A stretch of 64,000 nt of DNA, from contig JAWQFM010000028.1 in assembly GCA_033442325.1 (NCBI GenBank), positions 164,749 through 228,748 on the forward strand, in the 5' to 3' direction. Source of the stretch: Salpingoeca rosetta (taxonomy: Eukaryota; Protista; Choanoflagellata). The notes beneath the pieces are model-generated. The model saw only the letters and a program-made list of their open reading frames with translations. It searched no databases and had not been told where the DNA came from. Made by a program: the position numbers and the translations under genes. The first letter of the stretch is position 1. Each line of letters begins with the position of its first letter. This document shows, piece by piece, positions 33,454-62,447 of this stretch.

Positions 33454-34575
33454 TCAATAGACGGCTGCGCCCGTGAGGAAGAAGTCAATGGGCACGAGAT
33501 TGAGTGGCTTGGTGTTTGGAACTGCTGCACCGACAGCACCGCCCGTCGCTGCCACCATCGCCTCCTGGCTTGGGGGCACAAAGTTGCCAAAGCCAAGCAG
33601 GCCCTGCGTCGGCGGGCCGCCGGGTGTTGCGTTGTTTGGATACAGGGCGGTGAAGAAGCCATAGCCAATGGGCTCGCTCAGCAGCGCTGTCATCACGTAC
33701 TCCGGGGCATGCGCTGGAATGGGGGCTGTCACCTGTGGCTGGAAGCGGCCCTGATTGTCGTACAGTCCATACGCAGCGAGGCGCGTCTTGGTGCCGGTGT
33801 TGGTGCCGGTGTTGTTTTTGGCCGTGGTGGTGATGACGGTGCTGCCGCCGAGGTGGTTGACCCTGGTTGCGTCGTTGCACCACGCCCACATGGAGGTGAC
33901 CAGTGGATCCGAGAGCAAGAGGTGGCCCGCAATCTTCTGCTGCTTGAGGTCCACGTGCACGATGGCATCGCGCGCACCCGCGTGGCGGATACCCACCCAC
34001 ATCGTCTGCACGTCGGAGCAGTGGGTGGAGGAGCCCGTGGCAATGACACCGTCAGACTGCAGGTAGCTGCTGAGGTCGACGATGATGGAGACGGCACCCG
34101 CGTACACGCGGGCAACCGCGGCGTACTTGGGCCGCTGAACGATGGTGTAGGCGGCGCCGCTGGCCATGTCCACATGCAGGTTGTGTGCAGACACGCCCTG
34201 CAGCGTCGTGCGGCTCGTCAATGCACCGTCAACCACAGACACGTTGTACAGCCAGGAGGCAGTGCCGTTTGAGGTGAGCAGGAGGCAGAACGTGCCGCCA
34301 GGGCGACAGCGGAAGGCGTCCACGGCCACAGCCTCCCCTGGGTTCTCCAGCATGACGCGGGCCACGTCCTCGCCGCGCTTGCCAAGGCGGTGCAGGCGGA
34401 ACAGGGACACGTTGCGGGCATCATTGGGTTCAGGGGTCATGCCAATCCAGTGGATCTGAGCCGTCGACGGTGCCGGACACAGGCACAGCACCACTGCCAG
34501 CGTTGCCAGGAGCACCGCAGTCGCAGCACTCACAACATTGGCAGCGCGTGCAGGCGCTCCGGTCTTCCCTACCAT
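33454..34575 (-). CDS. Intronless secreted protein of unknown function (beta-rich)
   Basis: About 373-aa complex-sequence ORF with GC3-rich codons and a hydrophobic signal peptide (AATAVLLATLAVVLCLCPAPSTA-Q). Confidence 0.72.
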   Translation of the reverse strand: MVGKTGAPARAANVVSAATAVLLATLAVVLCLCPAPSTAQIHWIGMTPEPNDARNVSLFRLHRLGKRGEDVARVMLENPGEAVAVDAFRCRPGGTFCLLLTSNGTASWLYNVSVVDGALTSRTTLQGVSAHNLHVDMASGAAYTIVQRPKYAAVARVYAGAVSIIVDLSSYLQSDGVIATGSSTHCSDVQTMWVGIRHAGARDAIVHVDLKQQKIAGHLLLSDPLVTSMWAWCNDATRVNHLGGSTVITTTAKNNTGTNTGTKTRLAAYGLYDNQGRFQPQVTAPIPAHAPEYVMTALLSEPIGYGFFTALYPNNATPGGPPTQGLLGFGNFVPPSQEAMVAATGGAVGAAVPNTKPLNLVPIDFFLTGAAVY

Positions 34576-34580
34576 CACAC

Positions 34581-34623
<43 letters not shown>

Positions 34624-35371
34624 TGTGTGTGGTCGTCGTTGTCACGATGATGACAGGAGCTGCGTTGATCAGTGGTGGTCGCCGCGATATTGGCTGTGGT
34701 TGTTTGCCCTTGTTGTTTTTGCTGCTTTGCCCCCGCCCACCCAAATATTGCCGTGTTTTCGCGTAAATCTTGGTACGATATTCTACAAGGTGACACCTTT
34801 CCCACACACCGCCCGACACAAACAACACAAAAGCCGCCTCTATTGTGTTGTGTGTGTTTGTTTGTTGTGGAACAAGTCGTAGCTGGTGGTGTGCTGTGCC
34901 ATCCGTGGACCATCCCGACTTTGTGGAGGCTGTGCAAGCTGGTGGTATCATCACATCTTCACATCACGCCTGCTGCGCAACAACGCTAGGTTGGTTAAGT
35001 GTGTATAGCAGCAGAGGAAGGGGAGGGGTTTGCATGCTTACGCGAAGAAGGAGGCGGTCATGTTCACATGCGCACATTGCCACGCCCCAAAGTTGCAGTT
35101 GATGGTGTACGTTTGTGTGTTCGCTTTGGGGGGCGTGAGTCTGCCCTCGATGCTGGCGTGAAGCAGTGGCGCTTGTGGCCCCACTGGTGGTGCTGTGGTG
35201 TCCCCTCTCATGAATGTTTGCGGCCTCCGTTTAGCTCTGCCGTGTGAACATGCGTGTGAGGTGTTTTGTGACTGACATTTCGGCACAATGGTCGATGTGC
35301 ATGCAGCAGGAAGCAAGCAAGCAAGGCAAGGCAAGCGAGCAGACAAAAACACACCACCAGACAACGGCAGC

Positions 35372-50917
<15,546 letters not shown>

Positions 50918-52052
50918 CGCGCAGGGCACACACGCGCACATGGAGACGGGTGCATGTGCGCAGCTATTCATTGTCTCATTGTCTCATTGCCCACTGCCAC
51001 TGAAGGTCGTCGTTTCTTCTTTCGCGCATTGGGTGCAGTTTTACCTCATGTTCGCGTATTTCTCTTTGCTTTTTTTTTTCCCCTTTGTTCCTCGTGTTTC
51101 CATCGTCTGTGTGAGAGTGCTTGCACTTGATCCATTTCCTAAACAGCATGTTCGTCACGCCTTTGCTCGTAGCCCCTACTTTCATTCCTGCGCGCCGCCA
51201 CCCGTTTGAAGCTTTGCCCAGGTTTTCTCCTCGACTGTTTCGCTTGCTTAGATCTCCCATCTTCATGCATGCATCCATTATCATCCTTATCATTCATTAT
51301 CATTGACATGCACCGTTTACTTTGCTTTGCCTTTGCCTTTTGCGTTGATGAGTGTTTCAAGAGGAGTTGTCGCTGATTCAGTTCAATCGTTTGCAAGGGT
51401 TGTCGTGTTGGATGCACACTGCATGCAAGCGTGCACGTGTGTGTGTGTGTGTGTGCGCGTGTGTGTGTGCGTGTGTGAGTGTGTGTGTGTGTGCGCGTGT
51501 GCGTGCTTGCGGGTTGTTGCTTCTCGTATCTACACGTTGCCATTTGTGGAGTGTGGGGAGGGGCGTTGGGTCGTTACAGTGTTGCTTTGGGTTTCTCATT
51601 TGTTGTTGTGAGCAGCCCAATAAGACACAAAGCACGCAAGAAGAAGGCAAGACGTGACGCAGACCTACAGAGACAAGAGGGCAGAGGAAAGAAGGAGGGG
51701 AGCATTGCGCAGGCAGGCAGGCAGGATAGAATGGATGGATGGGGAAGTGTTGCCGCGGCTGTCTTCAGGCACAGCAAGTGGGACAAGAGCCACATGCACA
51801 AGCAGAAACGTGTACAGTCGTGACAAACAAAACAGGGAGGGGCAACCGAAAGGACGTGGCGTGCAAGGGCGAGAGAGAGAGAGAGAGGGGTGGGGGGGGG
51901 GTGAAACAAAGACATTCATAAACACAGTTCAAGACACAGACACAGACAGACAGACAGATAGACAGAAACGCGCACACAGACACATACTCCCGCACAAGCA
52001 CACACGCACTCTTACAGGCGCACACATATGCATATAGACACAGACTTGTGTG

Positions 52053-52717
52053 CTATGCTGTGGCTGGTGGGTGCTTGACCAGCCAGCGATCAAGGCCCTC
52101 CCCCCTGTTGCAGACAACCGCCCAGGCAGCAGTGGCCACCAGCGCATACACACGGAACAGGGTGCTGTGCATGAGCCCGTAGCCAGCGATCACAGCAAGG
52201 CCAATGGCAAGGGCCATGCCAATGATGTAGCGGACACGGACAATGCCCAGCGCGCGATCATCAGCGTCCTTCATATCCGCCCAGCCAGACATCGGGCGAT
52301 GAGACGAGCCGCCACACTCATCAAGCAACGCATCCTTCTCAACAAAGCCTGCCACAAAGGGTTCGTGGGGGTGATTAGTGAGTTTTAGAGCGCGCGGAGA
52401 CAGGGGGGGGGGGTTCGAGCAGGGATGAGATATGTCGCAATCGGCAAAGCAGACACAGGCAAGGATGCAAGCGCACAAAAGAATGCATACGAGCAGAATG
52501 CATACGAGCACACAGACACAGACACACAGATGCACATACACATACGCACACAGACAGACAGATAGACGCACACACATGCACATACACATACGCGCACATG
52601 CACTTACACATACACATGCACACATACATACACATGCACTTGCACATGCACATGCACATGTACGCATACAAACACATGCACATACACATACACACACATA
52701 CACATACACATGCACAT

Positions 52718-52754
<37 letters not shown>

Positions 52755-53747
52755 TCGGGACGCACGTTGGATACACCAGTCCTGGAGCTTGTCTGCACTC
52801 TCGGGAATGTCCTTGATGGGAAAGCGCTTGACATGGATGGAGATGCAGGGTGGGTAGCGGCCATAGACAAAGGCCGCCTCCATTGGGGGTTCGTCTTCCG
52901 CAAAGTACTGGTAGGCGATGGTGCAGTCGTACAGCGCATCAAACTGGTGGCGATGGGCAAGGATGGCCTGCAGGCCTTTGATGCGCGGGTGCAGCACATG
53001 CTTGTACGACTTGAGGCCGCGCTCGCGCGTGAAGGCGTTGGACTTGTCCAGGTTCTCGGGGGAGTAGTCGGTGCCCTCGGGAAAGATCATGAGCGAGGAG
53101 GGCTCCTTCTGCTTGTGCAGGTAGGAGAGCACCCAGTCGATCCAGCCCAGGTCGCGGTCGCGGCGGCGGGCCAGGAAGATGTAGAGGAAGCACTGGAAGC
53201 CCCAGCCGTAGATGGGGGCGCGCTTGAGCGAGTCCTTGAGGAGGATGCGGGTGTGGTCCAGCTGCGCCAGTCGCGCCAGCAAGCACAACAGCGGGTACCA
53301 GTCGATGTGGCAGTGGTGGTTGGCGATGACGATGGCGCGCTCGTTCTCGCGGCAGGCAGGGTCCATGGCCACGCGGAGGCGGATGCTAGTTGCCAGCTCG
53401 AAGAGGCCGCACACAAAGTAGAACCAGAGCACGCTCACGGCGCGCGCACCCTGATGGAAGAAGCGCCGGCATGTCCAGGCCAGGTGGCTGATGGTGGCGT
53501 TATCGACAATGGCTGCTGCCGCTGCGCTGGCTGCTGCTGCTGTTGTGGTTGTTGTTGTGGATTGTACACTGGCATTGCCTGCACGGGGTGCTGCTGGCTT
53601 GATCAGTGATGGCAGCGACGGCAGGAGCAGGAACACAAAGGCCAGCGGCGTGAAGAGGAACATGAACACCGCCCACGCACACACGGTCATCGTCAGCATG
53701 TACGTCATGCCATACGCCATCCGCAGCACATCCATCACACCAGCCAT
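52053..53747 (-). CDS. Lysophospholipid acyltransferase (LCLAT1/AGPAT-like), 2 exons
   Basis: IANHHCHIDW (HX4D), KDSLKRAPIYGW, IFLAR, IFPEGT, HVLHPR, YDCTIAY; N- and C-terminal TM segments; intron at about 52358-52765. Confidence 0.9.
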
Positions 53748-53837
53748 GGTGTTGGTGGGTAAGTTTGATTGGTGTGTGTCACTGTTGTCTGATTGGTCGT
53801 GTTTGTTGTTGCGAAAAAGTGGGCGTGTGTGTGCTTG

Positions 53838-53903
<66 letters not shown>

Positions 53904-54171
53904 AAATGCGAAGCTTGAGTGAGGCTGATGCATGGTTGGTTGGTTGGTTGGTTGGTTGGTTGCTTTGCACTCACCCACCCGTCCAACAGACGTGTTACAT
54001 TACATTCACTGGCACACACCACACTCATTTGTTGATTCATTCATTCATGTCATTTACTTCAACTTTCACCCTGACATATCTCACCATCGCGCACATGCAC
54101 GTGTGCCACGGTCCCTGCACCACAGATCATTCCCATCTCAATGTCATCCACTCGTGTCGGCAGTCATGAGC

Positions 54172-54630
54172 TCAATAGTGCTTCTTCTCTCCCTCCTCTT
54201 CTTCCCCCTCCTCCCCCTGCTGCTGCTGCTGTTGTTGTTGCAGTTGTTGTTGTGATACTCTTGCTGTCACAGCCCCTGCGTCATGCGGCCCTTCCACTCC
54301 AACTCGCTGCCGCTGCTGTTGCAGTTCCTCCTCCTCCTCCTCCTCCTCCTCCTCCTCCTCCTCCTCCTCCTCCTCCTCCTCCTCCTCCTCCTGCTGCTGC
54401 TGCCGAACTCCCTCCTCCTCCTCCTCTTTCCTCGTTTCCTCTTCCCACGTTTCCTCTTCTCTCCCCTCTGCTTCTCGTTCTTCTTCTGCTGGTGCTGGTG
54501 GCCCCTGCTCTGCCCCGCCCTGTGCCGCCACGTGTGCCATGAGCGCCTGGTACACGTAGTCGCTCACCGTCTTCTCGGCCACCTCCAGCCGCGTCTCAAG
54601 CGCAGCACTCCGCTCCATCTCCTGTAGTGG

Positions 54631-54706
<76 letters not shown>

Positions 54707-55698
54707 CGAATGAAGGATTGGGTAAAAGAGTGAGTGGGTGAAGGAGTGAGTGGGTAAAAGAGTGAGTGAGTGAAGGAGTGTATCAGCAAAACTGTAAATG
54801 CTTGCACAAACGCACTCGGAGACACACACACACACATGTGCAAGCACATCGGCAACAGGCAGAGCAGCAGTTGTAGTTGCCGTACGTCTTCGAGTGCGGA
54901 CGAGAGCTCAACAACCGTTGCTTGGAGTGATTCAATCAAGTCAAGCGCCTAACCCAACCATGAAAGCGCACGTGCGAAAGGTGCACAAAGTGAGCTCGCC
55001 AGCACCGCAGGAGATCAATCGACACAACCACAACTCATGCAAACAAACAACGCACACACGCACACAATATACACAAGCAAGCAGGTACACAAGCAAGCAA
55101 ACACACACGGACACATGCAAACACACACCGTCTCCCAGTCGGACTTGACGTGTGTCAGTTCTGCAATGACATCCTGGGCGGCTTGTTGCTCTGCTTCGCT
55201 CGCTTTGTGCGCTTCATCCGTCACGAGCGCTTGCCCTTCCACACTCCGGGGAGAGTGGAGCAACTTGGGCGTCTTTGTGTCTGTCTCCGCATGCGCATGC
55301 CTCCTCTGCTGTGGCTGTTGATGGTGCACTGAGGAGGAGGAAAAGGAGGAGGCTGATGCCGTGTCTACTGGTGGTCGCGTGTGCTCTGCGACCCCCTGTG
55401 CAAGGTGTTCCGTGTGCGGTGCGACGCTCTTAGCAGCGCCACTGGCGTGTCCCTGATCGCGTTTCTCACCATGTCGAAGCGTCTAGTCGACACAATTGAA
55501 CGGTGCGTGAAGATGGAAGGGGTGTGTGAGCCCACGAAACATAAAAACACATTCACAAACACAAACAACAATCACAAACACAAAAGCACAAACACAAACA
55601 ACAACACAAACACAACAACAACCACAACCACAACAACAACAACAACAACAACAACACAAACAACAACACAAACACAACAACAACCACAACCACAACAA

Positions 55699-55742
<44 letters not shown>

Positions 55743-56439
55743 CCGCAAAGGAAGCACTCAGGTGACCCACAGGTCAACGCGCCCCTCATGTACACATGCA
55801 CGCACCTGTCGAGGGACGTTCATCTGGTTGGAGATGGATTGTAGTGTTGTGCCTGCTCCCTTTGATTTGGGCTGGCGGGTTGATGTTGATGCCGGTTTCT
55901 CTTGCAGTTCTTGATCCTGCCAGCATTGAAACCACTGCTTGGCAGCCTGTACAATCGACACAACAGTACAGCGTTACACGTTGCTGTGGTCGAAAGGAGT
56001 GTGTGTGTGTGTGTGCGAGCGAGGGAGGTAGAGAGACACACAGAGAGAAGGAAGAGCAAGAGAGAGAGAGAGAAGGAAAGGAAGGAAGAGCAAGAGAGAG
56101 AGAGAGAGAGAGAGGCAGACATGCACACGCACACACGCACACACACGCACGCACACACGCACACACACGCACGCACACACGCACACATGCACACACACAC
56201 ACACACGCACGCACGCACACACGCACACACACGCACGCACACACGCACACATGCACACACACGCACACACACGCACACACACACGCACACACACACGCAC
56301 ACACACACGCACACACGCACGCTCACACATTGTCACCACAGATGAACAAACACGTATCGACACATGCAAACAGGCATGCGGAAAGTACGTGTCAATGCAC
56401 ACAACAGCACACCTGCAATCGCTGCTTTGTGGGATCCAT
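54172..56439 (-). CDS. Hypothetical coiled-coil protein with poly-Glu tail, 5 exons
   Basis: Phase-0 exon chain MDPTKQRLQ|[12 protein letters not shown]|TLRHGEK..KSDWET|[21 protein letters not shown]|[17 protein letters not shown] with canonical GT-AG sites. Confidence 0.62.
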
Positions 56440-57957
56440 TTGGCCCCTGTTGATGCCAAGCCGCTCCGCGCTCACAGCACTCGCACACGCTCACACTCGC
56501 ACTCGCACAGGTTCTCGCACAGGTTCTCACAGCTCGCGGTCTCGCACAAGCACTCACAGCTCGTCACCGCACAGCTTTTTGAACACAGCCCGCCAGATCT
56601 CGTCAACGGTGTCCTACGAAACTAGAACTAGGACAACCCACCACCTTTCCCTAACTTCAGGGACTGGGCGACTGATCCGCCTTGTTCTGCTTGTGCGCCG
56701 CTCTTTTTTTGCTGTTCCTTCCGTTTTTCTCTGCTCCCCTCCTGAAAACCCTTTGCCTGGCTGGTTTGCTTCACTTTCCTGTGTTTGTTGGTGGTTTGTG
56801 TCGTCGTCGCTGCACGCCTCCTCCTGCTCCTTTCCTTGCTCGGTTTGCCGTTCCCGCGTGAGTTGTGTGCGCGCGGGGGTTGAACGACCCTCCTCGAGCC
56901 AACGCACGGTGTGCACCCTCCCACCTCCTCCACTCCCCGACTCTCCTAGACTCTGCCCTCTTCTTCTCCCTCCCCACCACAATCCCCTTCTCTGCACTCC
57001 AGATCACGTCTGTTTCCTCACCTCTGGTTGTGTGCGTGTGCGTGTCTGGCGCACCTTTGTGCGCGTGCGTGTGAACGCCATCAACCTGCATCGACACAAA
57101 CAAGCGACGATCCTCGTTTGTGTTTCCGGCCGGCTGATCTCATCCCTTTCAGCACCCCCACCACCAGCCCACCACTACCGACAACAACAACCGACACCAC
57201 ACCGACACAGCGGTTCGCTTTCTGGCCCCTGTGGTCGCCCACCTTCCTTTTCGACCTTGCTTGTGTCTCTTCTTCTTCTTTGTGCGTTTCTCCGCTTGAC
57301 CCCTTTTCCCGGTCTTCTTGTTCGTTTCTCCAATCCCTGCCGTCGCCCAACACCAAGCTTGTATCTTCCACTCGAGAACAGCGAGGAACACCACCCTTTG
57401 GCTGCTCGCTTGCGTGCTTTGTGTGCGTGCGTGCATGCAAACGGTTGTTGATTGATTGCTCGTCATCATCTGCTTCTGCTTGGGGTGCTCTTTCTTCGAC
57501 CAAGCAGTGCCCATAACCGTTGTTTCTCGTCTCGTTTTCGCGTTCCTTGGCGTTTGTCGAGTGAAGACAGACACCAACGCCCGTGGCTCACGAAGTCGTG
57601 AAGGCCTGGGTTTTAGATCAAGCGCCTCATTGTGTTCGGTTTGGTTGCTGTCCGCTCGTGTCGAGCGTGTATCGGCGTCTCTCGAGTGCAGTTGTTGACG
57701 TTGTCATTCTCGTGTCGAGCACTTTGTGTATCCTTCACACCCGTTTGTCGATAGCGGCTCTTGTAATCATACCCCACCTCACCACTTCGCCCCTTTCTCG
57801 TCGTCCATAGCTTGCCCTGTGAAGCATTTTCCATTTGGTCGACTGTCGGTCCATTCACAAACCACCGTCCTCGCCTGAGCGTCGCCTTTCCGTTTCATAT
57901 TTGACCCGGCCTTTTTCTTTCTTTGCCTCCACATCGCCAACGGCCATAACCAGCACA

Positions 57958-59384
57958 ATGACCACAACCACAACCACCCCAACAACACCAGCATCCGCGG
58001 TCACCTCTTCACCGGCCAGGATATCGCTCGATGCGACCCAGCGCCAAAAGTTGCGGCAGCTTCTCTCCGCCCCCATCCTTGTCACCTCGGACACGATCCT
58101 CCACCATTTTCTCCCGCCCATTCAAGTTGTTCCCGCGCCCTTCATCGCCGGTGTCTACCAAGCACTCACACAGGCGGGCATCGGGCTCGAAGACGTGAGA
58201 TTAGAAGGCTCCGGTGCCACCCATTGCGTCGCCAATGATCCCGTCGCATACGTACGTTTATCCATTAGAGTCTGTCCGTGTGCACATGTGTGTGCATGTG
58301 TGTGCATGTGCATGTGTACTTGTGTCTGTCCGTGTGCACATGTGTGTGCATGTGTAAATATGTGTGCTTGTGTACCTGCATATGACCTGTATATGTGTAT
58401 GCGGGTATGTATCTGTCTGCATGTGTTCGTGTGAGTGTGTGTATGCAGGTGTGCGTATGTTTGATGTCCCGTGTAAGCTTGATGTGCTCTGCAAGCATGC
58501 ATGCAGGCACATGCACGCATGTCCAGTTTCCTCACACTCTTCTCGCTGCTTGAACCATTGCACCACCATTCCCCCTTCCCTCCTTCCCCTCAGAACGACC
58601 TTGATGTTGTGTTTCATCTCGAGTCGCGGGATTATGCCAAGCTGATGCAGGTGCGCGAGATCCTCATGGCGTTCATGCTAGAAGTCGTCTTGGCCACACA
58701 GCCCGACGCCTCGGTGGACCAGCAGCGCGTGCGCCTCTACTTCACCAACATTTTCCTCACCCAGCTGCACATGCTGAGCGAGGGCGACACGCCATTTGCG
58801 CTCTTCACCCTCCCCGCCGTCACTGGCCACCCGTGCCTCGACCTCAAGTTTGTGCAAGGCCGCACCAACACGTACGAGTTCTCCGTCAACAGCTTCCAGC
58901 TCATCATCCCCATGTCCACCCGGATGGCGAGCATTGCAGACAGCGCCGAGGATGCCAGCGAGGCCATGGTCAGCGCTGCCACGTTCATCTCTGGAGAAGA
59001 CGCCCAGGGCACACCCAGCGACGAAAACGGGCGTGGTGGAGCTGACAGGAGACAGGACCACCGCAGCCGCGGCGACAACAGCGCGGGCAGCGATGATGTG
59101 AGCGGTGCGAGCGAGCACGACAGCGAGGGCGGCCACGACCCCGATGCCACAATCCTTGCGCCGCAGAGCACGGACGACCAATCCGCAGGTGACGAGACAG
59201 AGACGGAGACAGAGCTCCTTCAGCGCGACATGTTTGGGTCGCTTCGGGACGCCCCTGAGAGCCCCCGCACTGCGCCAGATGCCGGCAGTGACACGGAGAC
59301 AGAGGCGGAGGCTGTTCCTGCAAACAAGCCCGCGCCCACACAAACCAAGCGCAAGAAGAAGCAACAGCAACAACAACAACAACA

Positions 59385-59415
<31 letters not shown>

Positions 59416-59641
59416 CAACAACAACAAGAACAAGATGGTGATGAGACCGTTACCAGAATACGGAAGAAGAGAAAAGGCAAGAAGCACCGCAAGCAGAAGA
59501 AGCAACAGGCTCAGCGGCAAGCAGAGGAGCCAGACAACGTTAGCGCGGTTGCTGATGGCGCTGGTGGTGATGTGAGCGGTATTGAGGCGGACGTCGAAGA
59601 TGACACACATGACCACGAGCCTCTCGACAACAGAATACACC

Positions 59642-59708
<67 letters not shown>

Positions 59709-62411
59709 GCAGCAGCAGCAGCAGCAGCAGCATGAGGCAAGGCATGCGACGTTATCAAAACAACAGGACAAGCCTCAGAACACTGAGCAAGCAAACCCGC
59801 AGCAGTCGCTGCGCCGAAGACGATCGGCCCCGCCGCGCACAACCAACGACACCCGCCGTGTGGACGGCGATGCCGAGGTGGTGCTGCAAGCCAGAGTTCA
59901 GGACGGCTCGGACCAGCTCCCAAGGCCCACTGCTCCACAAGAGACGTTCTCCACAGAGGCCGTGACGGAAGCGTCGTTGGCCGCCAAGGTTCCCCTGCGC
60001 TCGGGCGCGCGGCCGCGCGCCTCGTCGTCCAGCGACACCACCCCGACCCGTGTGGACGTCAACGTCAGCGTGGACGTTGTTGTGGGCGGTGGCGGCCGCC
60101 GCCGTCGCAGCGCGAGCCAGCAGCGCGAGCCGTCCTCTGGTCAGGCCGGCCGCTGGCGTGGCGCCATTCCGGGCAGCGATGCGTTTGTGAGTGACACGGA
60201 GACTGCGGAGGACCTCGCCATGGAGCGCAGCGGTCGCGCTGGCACCCGCGGCGGCGGCCGCGGCGTCGACAGCGATACAGGTGACGACCACGACCTCTCC
60301 ACCCAGCAGCAGCAGCCCCAGCAGCGCTACCTACAACAACAGCACTATTACCACCAGCAGCAGCAGCACCACAACCATGCACAGTTTGATGGCATGGGCG
60401 TGGGCGTGGGCGTGGGCGATGTCAGCGGCGACGTGAACAAGCGGTCCTCATCGTCCACCCGGTTTGTGCCAACGCCTGAGACGCAACAGGAACGCATGCT
60501 GCACACGCAACCACGGCTGGCATACTCGCAGCCACAGTCGCCGCACCACGGCGCGGGCCACCCGCACCAGTCGCAGCACATGGCGAACCATTACCACCAG
60601 CAACGGTCAGCCCACATGTACGGCGGCGGCCAGAACCCGGGCGCCCAGTCAGCCAGCGGGCCCAGCAGAAGCACCGGTAATGCGACTGGTGGAAGCAGAA
60701 GCGGCGGCAGTGGCGGCGGCGGCGGCCTATTGCCCGTGGGTGGCAACATGAGCATGGGCCGCGGTGGTGGCGGCGGAGGCGCAGGCGGCGGCATGATGAT
60801 GGTGATACCGTTTGCCCAGATCCCCAACATTGACCGCGTCGGGGCGCCCATGGTTGACCTGGACGCTAAGGTGATCGAGTGCGAGAGCACGTATGGTGAC
60901 GTGCGGGCGGCCATTGAGCACGCAAACAAGCGCATCATCTCCGTGCCCAGCATTGGCGTTGTGTCGAAGAAGCGGGGCGGGTGCCTGCTGCGGTATGCGC
61001 TGCTGCGCTGCAGCGGCTACACGCTGGACAGCCACCTACCGCCGCTTGAGCTGGAGAATGTCATGGTGGCGACGTTTTGTGCCGAGTACGAGGACATCAC
61101 CAAGCAGTCGGCCTCCATGTCGCTGCAGCGGCGCCTGAACCGGTACATGGTGTCGCACATGCCGCCGCACCGGCCCAGCAGCTTTGAGAACCAGATGGGG
61201 TTCCTCACCGAGCTTGAGCGCCTCTTCATGCAGTGGTCCGACACCAACAAGCTGCTGCTGAGCCAGGAGGAGCTGGTGGACACTGTGACCGGCATGATCC
61301 AACACTACCAGGACAACATGCAGCGCATGTTCCAGAACCATGCGTACGCCATGATGATGCACCAGTACAACCTTGCGCTTGCAAGCAGCGGCATGGGCGC
61401 CCGCCAAGGCATGGGCTACCCCGGGCTCGCCATGTCGTCGCAGCAGAACTTCTTTGGCGCACCTGTTCCACCGCCCATGGCAGGCGCGTACGGCCGCTAC
61501 GGCGTGTCCCCGCACGCGCGCACCATGAGCCCAGACGTCGGGTCCGCCGGCCGCAGCACCAGCGTCGGCAGCACCGCCTCCTCTTCTCGGCGCCGTCACC
61601 ACAGCAGCAGCAGCAACAACAGTAGCCACAACCACAACCACAACCACAGCAGCGGCAAAACTGGCGGCCACACAGGAGGCGGGCGTGGGCATCGGCACAA
61701 CAGTGGCGGCTATCACCACCAGGGCTACCAGACGCACGGCCAGCACTTGTACCACGGGCAGCAGCAGCAGCAGCACGGACAGCAGCATCCGCACCAGCAC
61801 CAAGACAGCAGTGAGCGAGGAGATGCACGGCGCAACGGGCAGCATGTTCGCGCAAGGAGTCACAGCCACACCAATGTGCACGCGCTTGCCTCGGCGGCGT
61901 CGGCTTCGCTGGCAGACCACCCGGGCAGAGCCGTGCCCGGAGAGGGCCGAAGCGCCTCAGTGACAAACATGGCGGTGTCCTCTTCATCGCACCACCTTCA
62001 CCACCATCAGTCCCAGCAGCCGCAGCACCCCCAACATCACCGCCAGAAGCCCCAGCTGCAAGCTTCAGGCTCCGTCACCAGCGCTGGAATCACCACTCGC
62101 AGTGATCGCAGCGGCAGTCAGCGAGGTATGGGCAGCGGCCCAGACGGCGCCAATGCGGGGCCGACGGCGGTATCTGGCGGAGGCGGACGCGATCGCAACG
62201 CCAGGCGAGGCTCGAAGCAGTCGTCATCAACGCCGTCTCTCTCTGTCCCGCCATCGATGTCGGGCACGTCGCCAGGCCCACGCCACCAGTCGCCCATGTT
62301 CCGCGACGACATGCAAGGGTTTTTCATGGGCGGGCGCCAGTTTCACTCCCATTCGCGCCAGCACTTCTCGCAGCAGCAGCAGCATGCTGCCTTTCAACAT
62401 GCGCTGTACCT

Positions 62412-62447
<36 letters not shown>

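Noticed and set aside
56649-56656. CCCTAAC as a telomerase RNA template
   Set aside because: Only 7 nt, shorter than the usual ~1.5 repeats, with no supporting structure.
55796-57451. 551-aa + strand ORF
   Set aside because: Overlaps minus-strand exons and repeats, has no domain-like sequence, and is explained by A-poor composition.
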